Positions 1 to 11,909 of a DNA stretch of 64,000 bases are shown here, piece after piece (position 1 is the stretch's first letter; each line of letters starts with the position of its first letter). Origin of the DNA: Octopus sinensis (Eukaryota). A model generated the notes under the pieces. That model made no database searches. It was not told where the DNA came from and saw only the letters and a list, made by a program, of their open reading frames with translations. A program made the translations under genes and the position numbers. The stretch is taken from NCBI RefSeq assembly GCF_006345805.1, contig NC_043016.1, forward strand, positions 22,258,001 to 22,322,000, written 5' to 3'.

Positions 1-258
1 CACCTCTATGCTAATGGTTTTCTCATCAAGAAGCATGGAAATGCCTCATGCAATACACCCAGGTTTCCATTGAAGCCAGAATGAAACCTTGGGAACCTGA
101 GAATAAAAGAAGCCATCATAATTAGCAAGACCAATTTGCATATTAACAGCAGAACTGAGCTGCATATGATTGGCTGCTATAGCAACACTTATTCTGCTCA
201 TGAAAAGCAACCATTCATATACAAACGGGGAAGTCAGGTCACAACACCATATCTTTGA
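1..258 (+). mobile_element. Possible 3' remnant of a PLE GIY-YIG endonuclease
   Basis: Frame from 97 reads LRIKEAIIISKTNLHINSR, resembling the RxKEAIxI...N C-terminal motif of PLE GIY-YIG domains; in-frame stop upstream. Confidence 0.3.
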
Positions 259-576
259 AAATTTCCTGAAGGGTTTCTAACCTTGCAATATTGAAATACA
301 TGGAGAAGTACAAACCTTTGACTTGTATTATTTCTTTGGAGTCACATTGTTTTGGCTTTAAAAGAAATTAAAGATGTATGTATACACATCTATGCATGTA
401 TGTATGTATATATGTGTGTGTGTATATATATATATTATAATCAAATAAAACAAGGAGAGACAAGAAGAGTTTTAATACTTTAATAGATGCAGTTGTTTCA
501 TAAGCCACTCAGAATTACATCATAAAGTTCAATATATATAAATTACAGACAATACATAAATCTGCATATAGTCACA

Positions 577-701
577 TGATGTACAGAAGAGAGAAAAGAC
601 TACACCTTCAAACCACTTTAGGAAGGATGCCTGAAAGACTCTTGAAGGCATCCTTCCTAAAGCGGTTTGAAGATGTAGTCTTTTCTCTCTTCTGGACATC
701 A
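577..701. repeat. 55-bp inverted repeat (hairpin)
   Basis: Arms 577-632 and 646-701 are reverse complements with 3 mismatches; 13-nt loop. Confidence 0.9.
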
Positions 702-785
702 TCATGTGTCTGTGTGTATATATATATATATATATCACACTTTTATGTGTGTAATTCTGAGTGGATTATGAAATAGCTGTAACCT

Positions 786-1040
786 CTATAAAAACTTTTC
801 TTGGGGAGGCAGACTGACAAGCTTGAGAATTTTCCAGAGAGATGCATGGTCAACTGTATCAAAAGCTGCCTTGAGGTCGACAAAGGTGGTGTAGAGGTGG
901 CGATCTTTGTGGAACTCCTGGGATCTTTCGATAACAAGATAAAGGACAAGGATCATAAACCACACTTTCCCTCTAACCCCAAGTACAGGCTGATAAACCT
1001 CCAAAGCCTGAGATAGGACAGGAAGATCAGTAACAGCATT
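786..1040 (-). mobile_element. RTE-type LINE reverse transcriptase fragment
   Basis: QEFHKDRHLYTTFVDLKAAFDTVDHASLWKIL (RT motif FVDLxxAFDTV). Confidence 0.75.
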
Positions 1041-1075
1041 AGAAATCCCTTGCCCGATGACATAACACCAATGAG

Positions 1076-2400
1076 GTGTTACCCTTCCACTATTGGTTTA
1101 AAACCAATAGTGGAAAGAGTAGAGCTAAGTTCATCCAATTTAATAGAATGGATTTCTACCCATCTGTATCAAGGGAGCTCCTCTATAAGGCACTGGACTT
1201 TGCTAGGGCCTACACAGAAGAACCTTACTCTTCAGTGAGGGGTCGGCCTGGGCCAAATGAACTGACCCAGAAGGCTCCTTCAATGTGGCAATGAGTGCCT
1301 TAAATAGTGCTGATGTGTGTGACCTCATCAATCTCTTCATCCTAGATGTACTCATAAAGAAATTCTCTTCAAGTAGCTTTGGCCTCTACAAAGATGACAC
1401 ACTGGCAATATCAAGAGCAGCAAACTGTCACACACTAGATAGGCTTAGAAAGGACCTCACTAACACCATAAACTCCCTTTGACTGAAGGTCACTATAGAA
1501 ACCAACCTAAGGCCACTAGATTTCTTGATGTGACCCTAGGTTTGAAGTCTGGTACCTATAGACCCTTTAGGAAGCCAAACAAGAAGTTACCATACATCAA
1601 CACAGGTTTCTGTCATCCAGCCAAAGTTTTCAAGAACCAGGTAAAGAGCATCAGCAGAAGAATTTCCAACCTATCGTCAAACAAAGATACTTTTGATGCT
1701 GTCACCTTGTACTACAATGAGGCTCTGGCTGCCAACATTTTAAAGGATAAGATTAGTTACATGCCAGAATCTAACTTCTCCAAGAGAAAGCAACACCATA
1801 AAGCATTGTGGTTCACACTGCTCTTCTCTTGAAATGTTATAACCCAAGTAGGTAAGATTCTTTTTAGCTTAGTTAATAAGCACTATCCCCATACAAATAG
1901 ATTCAACAAAATATTCAATAGGTGTACCCTAAGAATTTCCTTTAGTTGTGCACCTAATATAAAAAGATTTAAGTAAGTAGACCCTCAGCTGAGACAGAGT
2001 CAGGATGCTCATATACGGGTAACACATGTCCACTAAACAGCCACTGTAACATGGAGACCATTGTATATGAGGCAGAGGTAACAGCTATAGGACCAAATGT
2101 GTGGAAGTATGTAGGAGCAACTGAAGGCCCCTTCAGAACCTGCTTTGACAACCTCAAGTCCTCCTTTAACATCCTGGAGAGATGCAGTGCCACAACCTGG
2201 CCAATCATGTTTGGTCTTTGAAAAAAAGCCCCACCAAGTACAACATAAAGTGGAAGATCCTGGAGAAATGTAACCAGCAGGAATTGCAAGTTATGCCCGG
2301 CAGAGAAAAGAGTGATTTCAAAGAGCACTCAGCAGCCAGGCATTTACTTGAATAGCAGAAGTGAAGTGCTTAATCCTTGCCCACATGAAAAGAAGTACAT
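1076..2400 (+). mobile_element. Degenerate Penelope-like element (RT plus C-terminal GIY-YIG)
   Basis: Frameshifted pieces: FIQFNRMDFYPSV, SADVCDLINLFIL, GLYKDD, FLDVTLGLKSGTYRPFRKPN, LWFTLLFS, NKIFNRCTLRISFSC, YVGATEGPF. Confidence 0.8.
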
Positions 2401-3044
2401 CCTATCATACCTGCAGGCCCCATCATGACTGCAACCATTAGTTCCCCAGCCTTGGCTCTCCACCAATTCTCTGGAACCTAGCAAAGAGTTTGACCAGAGC
2501 ATTCACTAATATACCCAAATACAAATATGCATGTCCCAGCACAGCGGTCACCTACCAAATAGACCATTTCCCACCACCGCCAATATTAACTCCCCTACAC
2601 ACACTATATGCACACATAAATCCCCCACAATCTTAACCAATACAGAAAGAAATCACACTAGCAAACACAGTAATGGATGCCTACACCCCCTGAAAATGTT
2701 ATACATACAGTATCACTACACATATCTCATTTCCACAAGAACACCAACCTGAAACACACACACAATTCCCACAAAGAGTTATGATAGCTCTTTCAGACTT
2801 ACAGCATAACCAACCTAGTGGTGATGTCTCAATACCACGGGTCATAACTCTTAACTGAATCCCCTATCTCCAACAATAAAGAACAGTTGCCATATCTCAT
2901 TCCATATCAGCTACCTCTCATGAGTGTAGGGTTATATAATCAGATTGTTACTTAACACTCCATTATACCCCAAATGCAAAACCAAGATCAACCATGATGG
3001 ATATATACCACTGTATGTGTGAGGGTGGGGCGTGCGTGCAAAGC

Positions 3045-3340
3045 CATAGCTGTGTGCTTAGAAGTTTGCTCCCCAACTACATAGTTTCAAGTTCAGTCCC
3101 ACGGTGTCCATCTTGGGCAAGTATTTTCTACTATAGGCACAGGCTGATCAAGGCCTTGTGAGTGGATTTGAAAGATGGAAACTGAAAGAAGCTCATTGTA
3201 TATTTATGTGCATATATCTATGTGTGTGTGTTTGTCCCCAACCACTGCTTGACAACTGGTGCTGGTTTGTTTAGAGCTCTGTAACCTAGCTGTTCTGCAA
3301 AGGACTAATAAAATAAGTACCAGGTTTTAAAAAATAAGTA
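3045..3340 (+). mobile_element. SINE family A copy, truncated by mariner insertion
   Basis: Shares ttgggcaagt...gccttgtgagtggatttg...aactgaaagaagc and aataagtacc with other copies. Confidence 0.7.
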
Positions 3341-4260
3341 TTGGGTCATCCCATAAATAATGCAATTTTTTCAATTGCATGTACTAAAAGTCAGAGGGGG
3401 ACAGGATAAACTGACTGCATCAACTTGCTATAAAGTCAGGTAGTAATTTTACCTTATACTTATTCTTAGTGCAAGTTTTGAAAGAGTGCAGTTTGATTTT
3501 AACAGTTATTTTTTCAAAGCTATAATGGAAGTGACAAAGGAGCATATTCGGCATATTTTGCTTTATGGGTTCAATAAAGGCAACAATGCAATGGAAAGTG
3601 TGAGGAATATTAATGCAGTACATGGGGATTGGACAATAAGCATAAGCCAGTGTTAACAGTGGTTCCAGAAATTCTGAGCCAGAAACTACAGCCTAGAAGA
3701 TGAACCTGGTCCTGGAAGATCTTTAGAGCTCAATGAGGACATCCTGCAAACCCTGGTGAAACAAAATCCCATCATAACTGTTGAGGAACTAGCAGAGAAG
3801 CTTGGATTTGGTCATTCAACTATTCATCAACACCTGTGCTAGAAGAAAAACGACCATATTTGGTTTCAAGATGAAAGTTGTTCTTCCATCAGGATAATGC
3901 TCGACCACATGCAACAAGGATGACATTCCAAAGGCTGGTGCAGTTGGAATGGGAAACAATGCCCCACCCACCATATTCACCAGGCATTGGCCCATCTGAT
4001 TATCCTTTATACCGCAGTCTTCAAAATCATTTGGACAGAAAATATATGAATTCTGTAGACGAGGTCAGAACAGTACTGGAGGAGTATTTTTCAGCATGGA
4101 CGAGGGAATTTTGGAAGAAGGGCCTTGAAAGTCTACCAGATAGATGGAAGAGCATTGTAGAATATGAAGGAGAGTATATTTTAGATTAAAAAAGAACTTT
4201 ATCTTAACTTTGAAAAATAAAAGAAGTATAAAAAACCAGATTATTTATGGGATGGCCCAA
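3341..4260 (+). mobile_element. Internally deleted mariner element with TIRs and TA TSD
   Basis: TIRs ttgggtcatcccataaataat / attatttatgggatggcccaa, TA on both sides; transposase relics EHIRHILLY..., FHQDNARPH, HPPYSPGIGPSDY. Confidence 0.92.
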
Positions 4261-4274
4261 TACTTATAAGTACA

Positions 4275-4720
4275 CAGGTGCAGGCTTGGCTGTGAGTTAA
4301 GCACAGACATGGATGTGTAATAAGAAGCTTGCTTCCTAACCACATGGTTCTGGGTTCAGGCCTACTATGTGGCACCTTGGGCAAGTGTCTTCTACTATGG
4401 CCTCAGGCCAACCAAAGCCTTGTGAGAGGATTTGGTAGACAAAAACTGAAAGAAGCCCGTCATGTGTGTGTGTGTGTGTGTGTGTGTATGAGTGTGTGAG
4501 TGTGTGTGTGTCTTTGTATCTGTGTTTGTCTCCACCAACCATTGTTTGACAACCGATGTTGGTGTATTTACATCCCCATAACTTGGTGGTTGACCAAAAG
4601 AGACCAATAGAATAAGTACCAGGTTTACAAAGAATAAGTCCTAGGGTCGATTTTTTTCAACTAAAAGGCAGTACTCCAACATGGCCACAGTCAAATGACT
4701 GAAACAAATAAAAGAATAAA
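4275..4720 (+). mobile_element. SINE family A, near full length with internal (GT)n
   Basis: tRNA-like head, gccttgtgagaggatttggtagac core, 3' part gaataagtacc...aaatgactgaaacaa. Confidence 0.85.
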
Positions 4721-4754
4721 ATAATAGATATATATATGTATGTGTATGTGTGTA

Positions 4755-4945
4755 TATCATCATCATCATTGTTTAACATCCGTTTTCCATGCTAGCATGG
4801 GTTGGATGGTTCGACCAGGGTCTGGGCAGCCAGGAGGCTGCACCAGGCTCCAGTCTGATCTGGCAGTGTTTCTACAGCTGGATGCCCTTCCTTACGCCAA
4901 CCACTCTGTGAGTGTAGCGGGTGCTTTTTATGTGCCACCGGCACA
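4755..4945 (-). mobile_element. RTE LINE 3' tail copy
   Basis: Reverse complement of the 3' end of the LINE at 55850-56002, ending in (GAT)n. Confidence 0.85.
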
Positions 4946-4949
4946 TATG

Positions 4950-4985
4950 TATGTGTGTATACATATATATACACACACATACACA

Positions 4986-5027
<42 letters not shown>

Positions 5028-5046
5028 CACACACACCACACACACA

Positions 5047-5090
<44 letters not shown>

Positions 5091-5135
5091 ACACACATAC
5101 ACATGCATACATATGTACATACACATATATATTAT
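4950..5135. repeat. (CA)n microsatellite
   Basis: Direct reading. Confidence 0.95.
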
Positions 5136-5149
5136 AGGCATATATACGA

Positions 5150-5460
5150 TCTGAATTTTGGATCTAAAGTTAGTATTCTTAGATTTGAAAAGAATCTGAG
5201 CTCTTTTAGCTATGTATAGCTTACATTTTCTTGACCTGTTAACACATGGTGTGGATTTTACAATTATTTTCCACTTTATTGTATGTGGTGCAGAGTTCCA
5301 CTTCAAACCCATTATGTGGCTGACCAACTTTATAGCTTTACTTTCATCCCTGAATCAGAAGGAAGATATGTGATTAGCAAAGTGGTTTTTAATTCGTCTT
5401 CACATAGTCTGATACAGAACATCAGATGTGCAAGGACACCAGTCATGCAAAGACACCAGA
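5150..5460 (-). mobile_element. Degenerate PLE GIY-YIG endonuclease
   Basis: YIRLCEDELK / HFANHISSF / KLVSHIMGLK / IKWKIIVKSTP..RKCKL; parallels the copy at 60455-60800. Confidence 0.7.
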
Positions 5461-5650
5461 TATGTTAAAAAACACTGTCTGCCATGCTCCCAAAACATGA
5501 AACCAGTAATAGTACATAAAAACTTATATATTGTGTTTATTAAATAATATTTATCTCCCACCAGATGGCTTACTTTTTTTGTTGATCTGGAACAGTACAA
5601 TATATATATATATATATGTATAAGTGTATATATATATATATATACATAAT

Positions 5651-5738
5651 TTTTCTTGAAGACATTTCTTAGTAGTAACACCATTGCGGATCTATTTCTA
5701 GCATAAGGGTGTCCGTATAGTGGTTTCCCTCTAATATG

Positions 5739-5774
<36 letters not shown>

Positions 5775-5918
5775 TATGTGTGCCGAAATTGCTACGATGA
5801 TCCGGTTCTTGACTGAAGATTGAGGGCTTCGAATGTCCCGTCCGTGTTTTTTTGTATCGTCTTCTAAGTGTTTTGCATTCTTGTCCCAGTTTGTATTTTT
5901 CTACATATAATAATAATA

Positions 5919-5983
<65 letters not shown>

Positions 5984-5992
5984 ATGTATATG

Positions 5993-6023
<31 letters not shown>

Positions 6024-6118
6024 TATATACATATTAGAGGGAAACCACTATGTGGACACCCTTATGCTAGAAATAGATCCACTATGGTCTTACCGCTAAG
6101 AAATGTCCTCAAGAAAAA
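5651..6118. repeat. ~95-bp inverted repeats flanking a microsatellite-bounded insert
   Basis: Arms about 5651-5745 and 6022-6118; a related partial copy at about 8615-8695. Confidence 0.8.
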
Positions 6119-6329
6119 TTTAGCAAAACAGCCAAAATGTACTCGAGCAAGACAAAGGAAAAAGCAATAAAAATATGGATTATTCGCATACATGTTTCAC
6201 TATCAACATATTACGTAATTTTACTTACATAAATGTCCGTAGATCAAATTATATGTGTGTGTGTGTGTGTGTATATATATATCTATATACATACATATAT
6301 ATATATATATACACACATACACACATATT

Positions 6330-6383
<54 letters not shown>

Positions 6384-7019
6384 ATGGGCTTCTTTCAGTT
6401 TCCATCCACCGAATCCATTCACAAATGAACCCAAAATTATATGGTTGGGAAGCAAGCTTCCTACCACACAGTCATACATGTGCTTAAAATTACGTTAAAA
6501 ATTTTTATGACCATGAAGTGGACAACAAATTGAGGTAATTTTTAAATTAGTGTACCAACTTTTGCACAAAATGAAATCAATGAAAGTGCACAATTATAAT
6601 CATCATTATTTTGTAATTTTATCAACAATTTTAGGTAGGAAAAAGTAAATGAATGTTAAAGTCATTAAATAAACAATATTCTAAATATTTAAGGCCACAA
6701 CAAACTCAATGATAATAGTTTGTGTAGTACTAACATTACACTTTAAAAAATCAAAACATTTTATTTAGTATCTTATGTGAAGAAATGAGGCAAAACAAAG
6801 CAAAAATATTAAATCAAACACTGAAGTTTCTCTATGACTTTTTTTCCAGCATTCATTTGATCTTTCTGGTTTTCTATTTCAGATTATTATTTTTTCTTTC
6901 TACTTTATCCAATCCTTGTCTGAGCAGGAGTGGACAGGAAATTCCTCACAAATAAAGTGTTACATGTTGTAGGGCCAACAATTAGATTGGTTTGAGCCAG
7001 AATGTGTCATCATCATCAG

Positions 7020-7225
7020 CAGCAGCAGCATAAGCATCATCATCATCATTGTTTAACGTCTGTTTTCCATGCTGGCATGGGTTGGACGGTTTGACTGGGA
7101 TCTGAAAAGCCAGGAGGCTGCACCAGGCACCAGTCTGATCTGGCAATGTTTCTACAGCTGGATGCCCTTTCTAATGACAACCACTCTGAGAGTGCAATGG
7201 GTGCTTTTTATGTGCCACCAGTACA
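7020..7225 (-). mobile_element. RTE LINE 3' tail copy
   Basis: Same sequence as 4755-4945. Confidence 0.85.
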
Positions 7226-7399
7226 GGGGTCAGGATCCAGGTTCTTAGTGAAATATGTCTTTAATCAAAAGCATTCTAACTGTAACTATTCCATCTTTCA
7301 TTTAGATATAAGTATATTCTGATCAACATTATCTGCTGCAAGGTATGGTAGTGAGTATTGGTAGTAGACTAAATTCATCCTAGCCATGACCATCCAGTT

Positions 7400-7519
7400 T
7401 TTACATACATGCATACATACATACATACATACATATGTATGTATCATTTCAGTGATTCTTTCTAGCAATGGCTTTGCTCATTTACAAAAAAGCAGCTACT
7501 ATGTATGTATGTATGTATG

Positions 7520-7553
<34 letters not shown>

Positions 7554-8060
7554 TGTATGTATGTATGTATGTATGTATGTATGTATGTATGTATGCATGC
7601 ATGTATGTATGTATTTATGTATGTACGAATGTATGTACGTACGTATGTATGTATGTATGTAATGTATGTATGTATGTGTGTGTATGTATGTATGTATGTA
7701 TGTATGTATGTATGCATGCATATATGTATGTATTTATGTATGTACGAATGTATGTACGTACGTATGTATGTATGTATGTAATGTATGTATGTATGTGTGT
7801 GTGTATGTATGTATGTATGTATGTATGTATGTATGTGTGTGTGTATGTATATGTATGTATGTATATATGTATGTGTGTGTATGTATGTATGTATGCATGC
7901 ATGTATGTATATATGTAAGTGTGTGTGTATGTATGCATGTATGTATGTATGTTTGTATGTGTGTGTATGTATGAACATACACACAAAAGCATGTGTATGC
8001 ACGTACATACACACATATGTACACACATGCGTACACCTGTACACATGTATGTACATACAT
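7400..8060. repeat. Compound (ATGT)n/(GT)n microsatellite with ~120-bp higher-order duplication
   Basis: Variant block tatttatgtatgtacgaatgtatgtacgtacg recurs about 120 bp apart. Confidence 0.9.
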
Positions 8061-8149
8061 AGAGGACCCCATTGTTGTTGAATTCATAAACAAAGTAAAC
8101 ATTCTCATCAAAATTTCTACCAAGTGCAAACAGCACCATACAAGTGTGA

Positions 8150-8605
8150 TCGTTGACAAAGCAGCTATTCGAGTATGATCATTACCAGCATCGCCTTACT
8201 GGCACTTATGCTTGTGCTAGTAGGGTGTCAAGAGCACCATCCGAGCGAGATCATTGCCAGAGCAGCCAACTGGCTTCCGTACCCATGGCATGTAAAAGGG
8301 CACAATTCGAGTGTGACCGTTACCGACATCGCTTCACTGGCACCTGTGCCGGGGACACATGTAAAGGGATTCGAGTGATGTCGTTGCCAGTACCGCCTGA
8401 CTGGCCCCCATGCCGGTGGCACGTAAAAAGCACCCACTACACTCTCGGAGTGGTTGGCATTAGGAAGGGCATCCAGCTGTAGAAACTCTGCCAGATCAAG
8501 ATTGGAGCCTGGTGCAGCCATCTGGTTCACCAGCCCTCAGTCAAAATCGTCCAACCCATGCTAGCATGGAAAGCGGACGTTAAACGATGATGATGATGAT
8601 GATGA
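8150..8605 (+). mobile_element. RTE LINE 3' UTR copy
   Basis: Ends gtggttggcattaggaagggcatccagctgtag...ggacgttaaac(gat)n. Confidence 0.85.
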
Positions 8606-9169
8606 TATATAAATATAAGATGGAACCACTATGTGGAAACCCTTACGCTAGAAAAAGACCCGCTATGGTCTCAATCACTAAGAATTGTTCTCCAGACCAC
8701 TGGTGTTAAATTGATGTTATATAATTAATATCCAATTTTTCACCCTCATTTTGATTTTAATTTTATATATATATAAAGAAAATTTTGATGCATTTTCAAC
8801 TATTTCTCACTATTTTTTCTATATACATACACATATACATACATAAATACATGCACATGCACATGCGCTCACACACACACACACGCTCACACTCAGATAG
8901 ATTCCACAAATGAGTGACAATCCAAAACTTTGACCACCGTCTTTCCTTATTCAAAACTAAAGTGTCTACTTTCATTATTATTTTTTATATTTCTTACAAT
9001 ACAAAACTACATTCACTAATAAAGAAAAACTATTGTAGAAATGAAAATGTAAATTGCATAACTTAAATTTATATATATGCATAACTTGTCCTTCATACAC
9101 ATTTAAACATATACACACATCATAGACCCATAGACACACACACACACATACACACACACAATGTATCAT

Positions 9170-9835
9170 ATATTTATCATTGTTCTTTAATGTCCATTGT
9201 CCAGGGTGGCATGGGTTGGACAGTTTGACCAGAGTTGGCAAGCTGGGAAACTGCACCAGGCTCCAGTCTGATTTGGCATGGTTTTTATGACTGGATTCCC
9301 TTCTTAACATCAACTACTTTACAGAGTGTACCAGGTGCTTTTACGTGACAATGCAGGGGTGCTTTTACATGGCACTTCACAGGTGCTTTTTACATGTCAC
9401 TAGCCTAGGACTCTTGCAGATCAATCCTCACTACTGGGGGACCAGTCTTAACTCTTCTGGTGCAGAGTATGGATCTTCCTGAGTACAACAGGGCACCAGA
9501 CATCTCAGACTTTTGTCATCTCTCCTGAAAGGTTTAGCATCCTGAAGTCATTCTTCAGCACTTTGTCCCATATTATCCTGGATCTCCCACCCCCATGTGT
9601 CCCATTCACTTTGAGAGATTGGCACTTCTTTAAGAAGCTACCAGCATCTATCCACATCACATGACTAAACCAGCACAGTCTTCTCTCTTGCACCCAGCAT
9701 CTAATTTCTCCCATGCCTCCCTTCTCTCTCAAAGCACTAGCACTCTGTTGAACATATACACTTACATTACACATCCAGCAGAGCATACTAGCCTCATTCA
9801 TTTCTAACCTTCACATGTCCTCTGCATTTGGGGCC
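9170..9835 (-). mobile_element. RTE LINE 3' fragment
   Basis: NEASMLCWMCNVSV, VQERRLCWF, followed by the 3' tail. Confidence 0.85.
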
Positions 9836-9885
9836 CACGTCTCAATACCATGTAGAATTGCTGTCCGTACACACACACACACACA

Positions 9886-9949
<64 letters not shown>

Positions 9950-10244
9950 AAAAATCACAAAAAAGTTTGTGAAATAAGCTACCCAATGTTTCCCGATCAA
10001 AATATTAATTTATTTCACCATTTATCAAGCTGGTAAAAACAAAATGTTTGAATAAGCATTTAAAAAAAGAAAGAAAAATCAAAGGAAGATAATTAACTTC
10101 AGAGTACTACTATCTTACAAATATCAAAAATTACATAAACCAACACTGGAATGTATTATGATCTGTCCAGTGGTTTATCCTTGATTTCTGCTAAGCTTAA
10201 TTTCTGGTGGGCACACTAGTTAGATTGACTACATTCTTGCCAGG

Positions 10245-10560
10245 AAAGATGTCTACTTATAAACACTGAAACTTTCCCAGGTGAAGAATGCACCTCATAA
10301 CATAGGTTAGCAGTTAGCAACTTCAGGATCAGGGCTAAATGACTGCATGGAAAAGAGGAGTATGGAAGCTTAAGGATCCTCTGAATGGACAGATTTAGAG
10401 AAGTATTTCTTGAAGCTTTTGATGAAAAAGAAGAGGATATAGCATCACATAATGTGGAGGACAACTGGAGCTTCCTACAGGACAACCTGTTGAGGGCTAC
10501 TGATCAGATCTGTGGCTGATACAAAGTCCCTTCTCAACCTAAGGTAATGTGGTGATGGAA
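10245..10560 (+). mobile_element. RTE LINE internal fragment
   Basis: Homologous to 52990-53310 (actttcccaggtgaagaatgcacc...gatcagatctgtggc). Confidence 0.75.
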
Positions 10561-10655
10561 CAATGTAGTAGAAGACACTTGCTCAAGGTATCACACAGTA
10601 GGACTGAACCCATATGGTTGGGAAGCAAGCTTCTTACCATATAGCCATGCTTGCA

Positions 10656-10725
<70 letters not shown>

Positions 10726-11909
10726 CATACATACATTAATCATACATACATTAAAATAGAAACTTATAAATCCCAAAATATGGAGAAACAAGCCACTCCA
10801 AAACCATTGACAGAAACTACAGTGCTCTGGATTATGTTCTCACACAGCTCCAATGCCCAGGTGAAACTGCTGTGTCAGTTTTCTTTGTCTATGCACAGCA
10901 GTTTTTATTCACCCCCTCCCACCCACCCACTTCAAGCAGAGCTATTAATATCCATGAGTCATTCTCTTTAAAATTGTCAAAAATAATCCCCTGCCAAGCA
11001 CTCTCACACTCTTTTGTGTATTTAATATTTCAAATCAAAGAGGAATAGCAGCACTAGCATAGTTTGAGTGTGTGCTGCCAGGGGCGGTCCTTTTGTTTGC
11101 CACCCCCAGACCCCACAAAAAACACATATTGCCTACAGCAATAACCTACAACAGGATGAAAATTACCACCCTGGACTTCCCCCCCACTACATGACCAGTA
11201 AATTTCAAGATAGGTAAAATCATCAGTGGAGGCTCATGTATAGGCACTGTGGAACTGCAGCACCCACTATTTCCACTCAATATTACCAATAGCATTCAAT
11301 ATAATGAGTCCTTTTCCCCTTAATTCTTTCTTTATACTTGTACATTATATAATCCTTAAGCTTAATGCCAGTAGCCATCCCCTACTTTATGAAAAAAATA
11401 CAGAAATCCTTATATAGAACTGTACACTTCACAGTTCCAGCAATGCAGTGTTTGGCTTTTGTGCGCATGCTCACATGACCAAGATAGGAAGCTACACGCT
11501 AGGGAGAGAGAGCACTGTGTGAATGACAGTGCTGATCCTGGTGTTCTGGTAAAAGGTAGTGATTCTTTTTGACTCCGTCTGTGTTGTACTTAAAAACATG
11601 TTTATATTCTTGAATGTGATAAAGTGTAGAATTAGATTATTATCCTGCTTTCGGCTTCAGTGTTGCTGCCAGGATTTGAAAAATAGGGCAAATTTCCCCA
11701 TCTTATTTTGTGATTTAGAGAAAAAAAGGGGGAATTAGCAGCAGTGTTCAGTGAAGAAATTAAACACACTACCTAGCAGTGGCTAAAACGCAAACTGATC
11801 AAGTTTATGTATAAATTTTCTTTTTATATGTTTGTTTCCTTTTACACAATATTAAAACAATGGCTAAAAATTTTTTGAAGCAGCACCCCAAATAATTTTA
11901 TCTACAAGC

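Noticed and set aside
5800-5850. CUGAAGA...CGAAUGUC, and the related CUGAGGA at about 15390
   Set aside because: GAAA is absent and stems do not close
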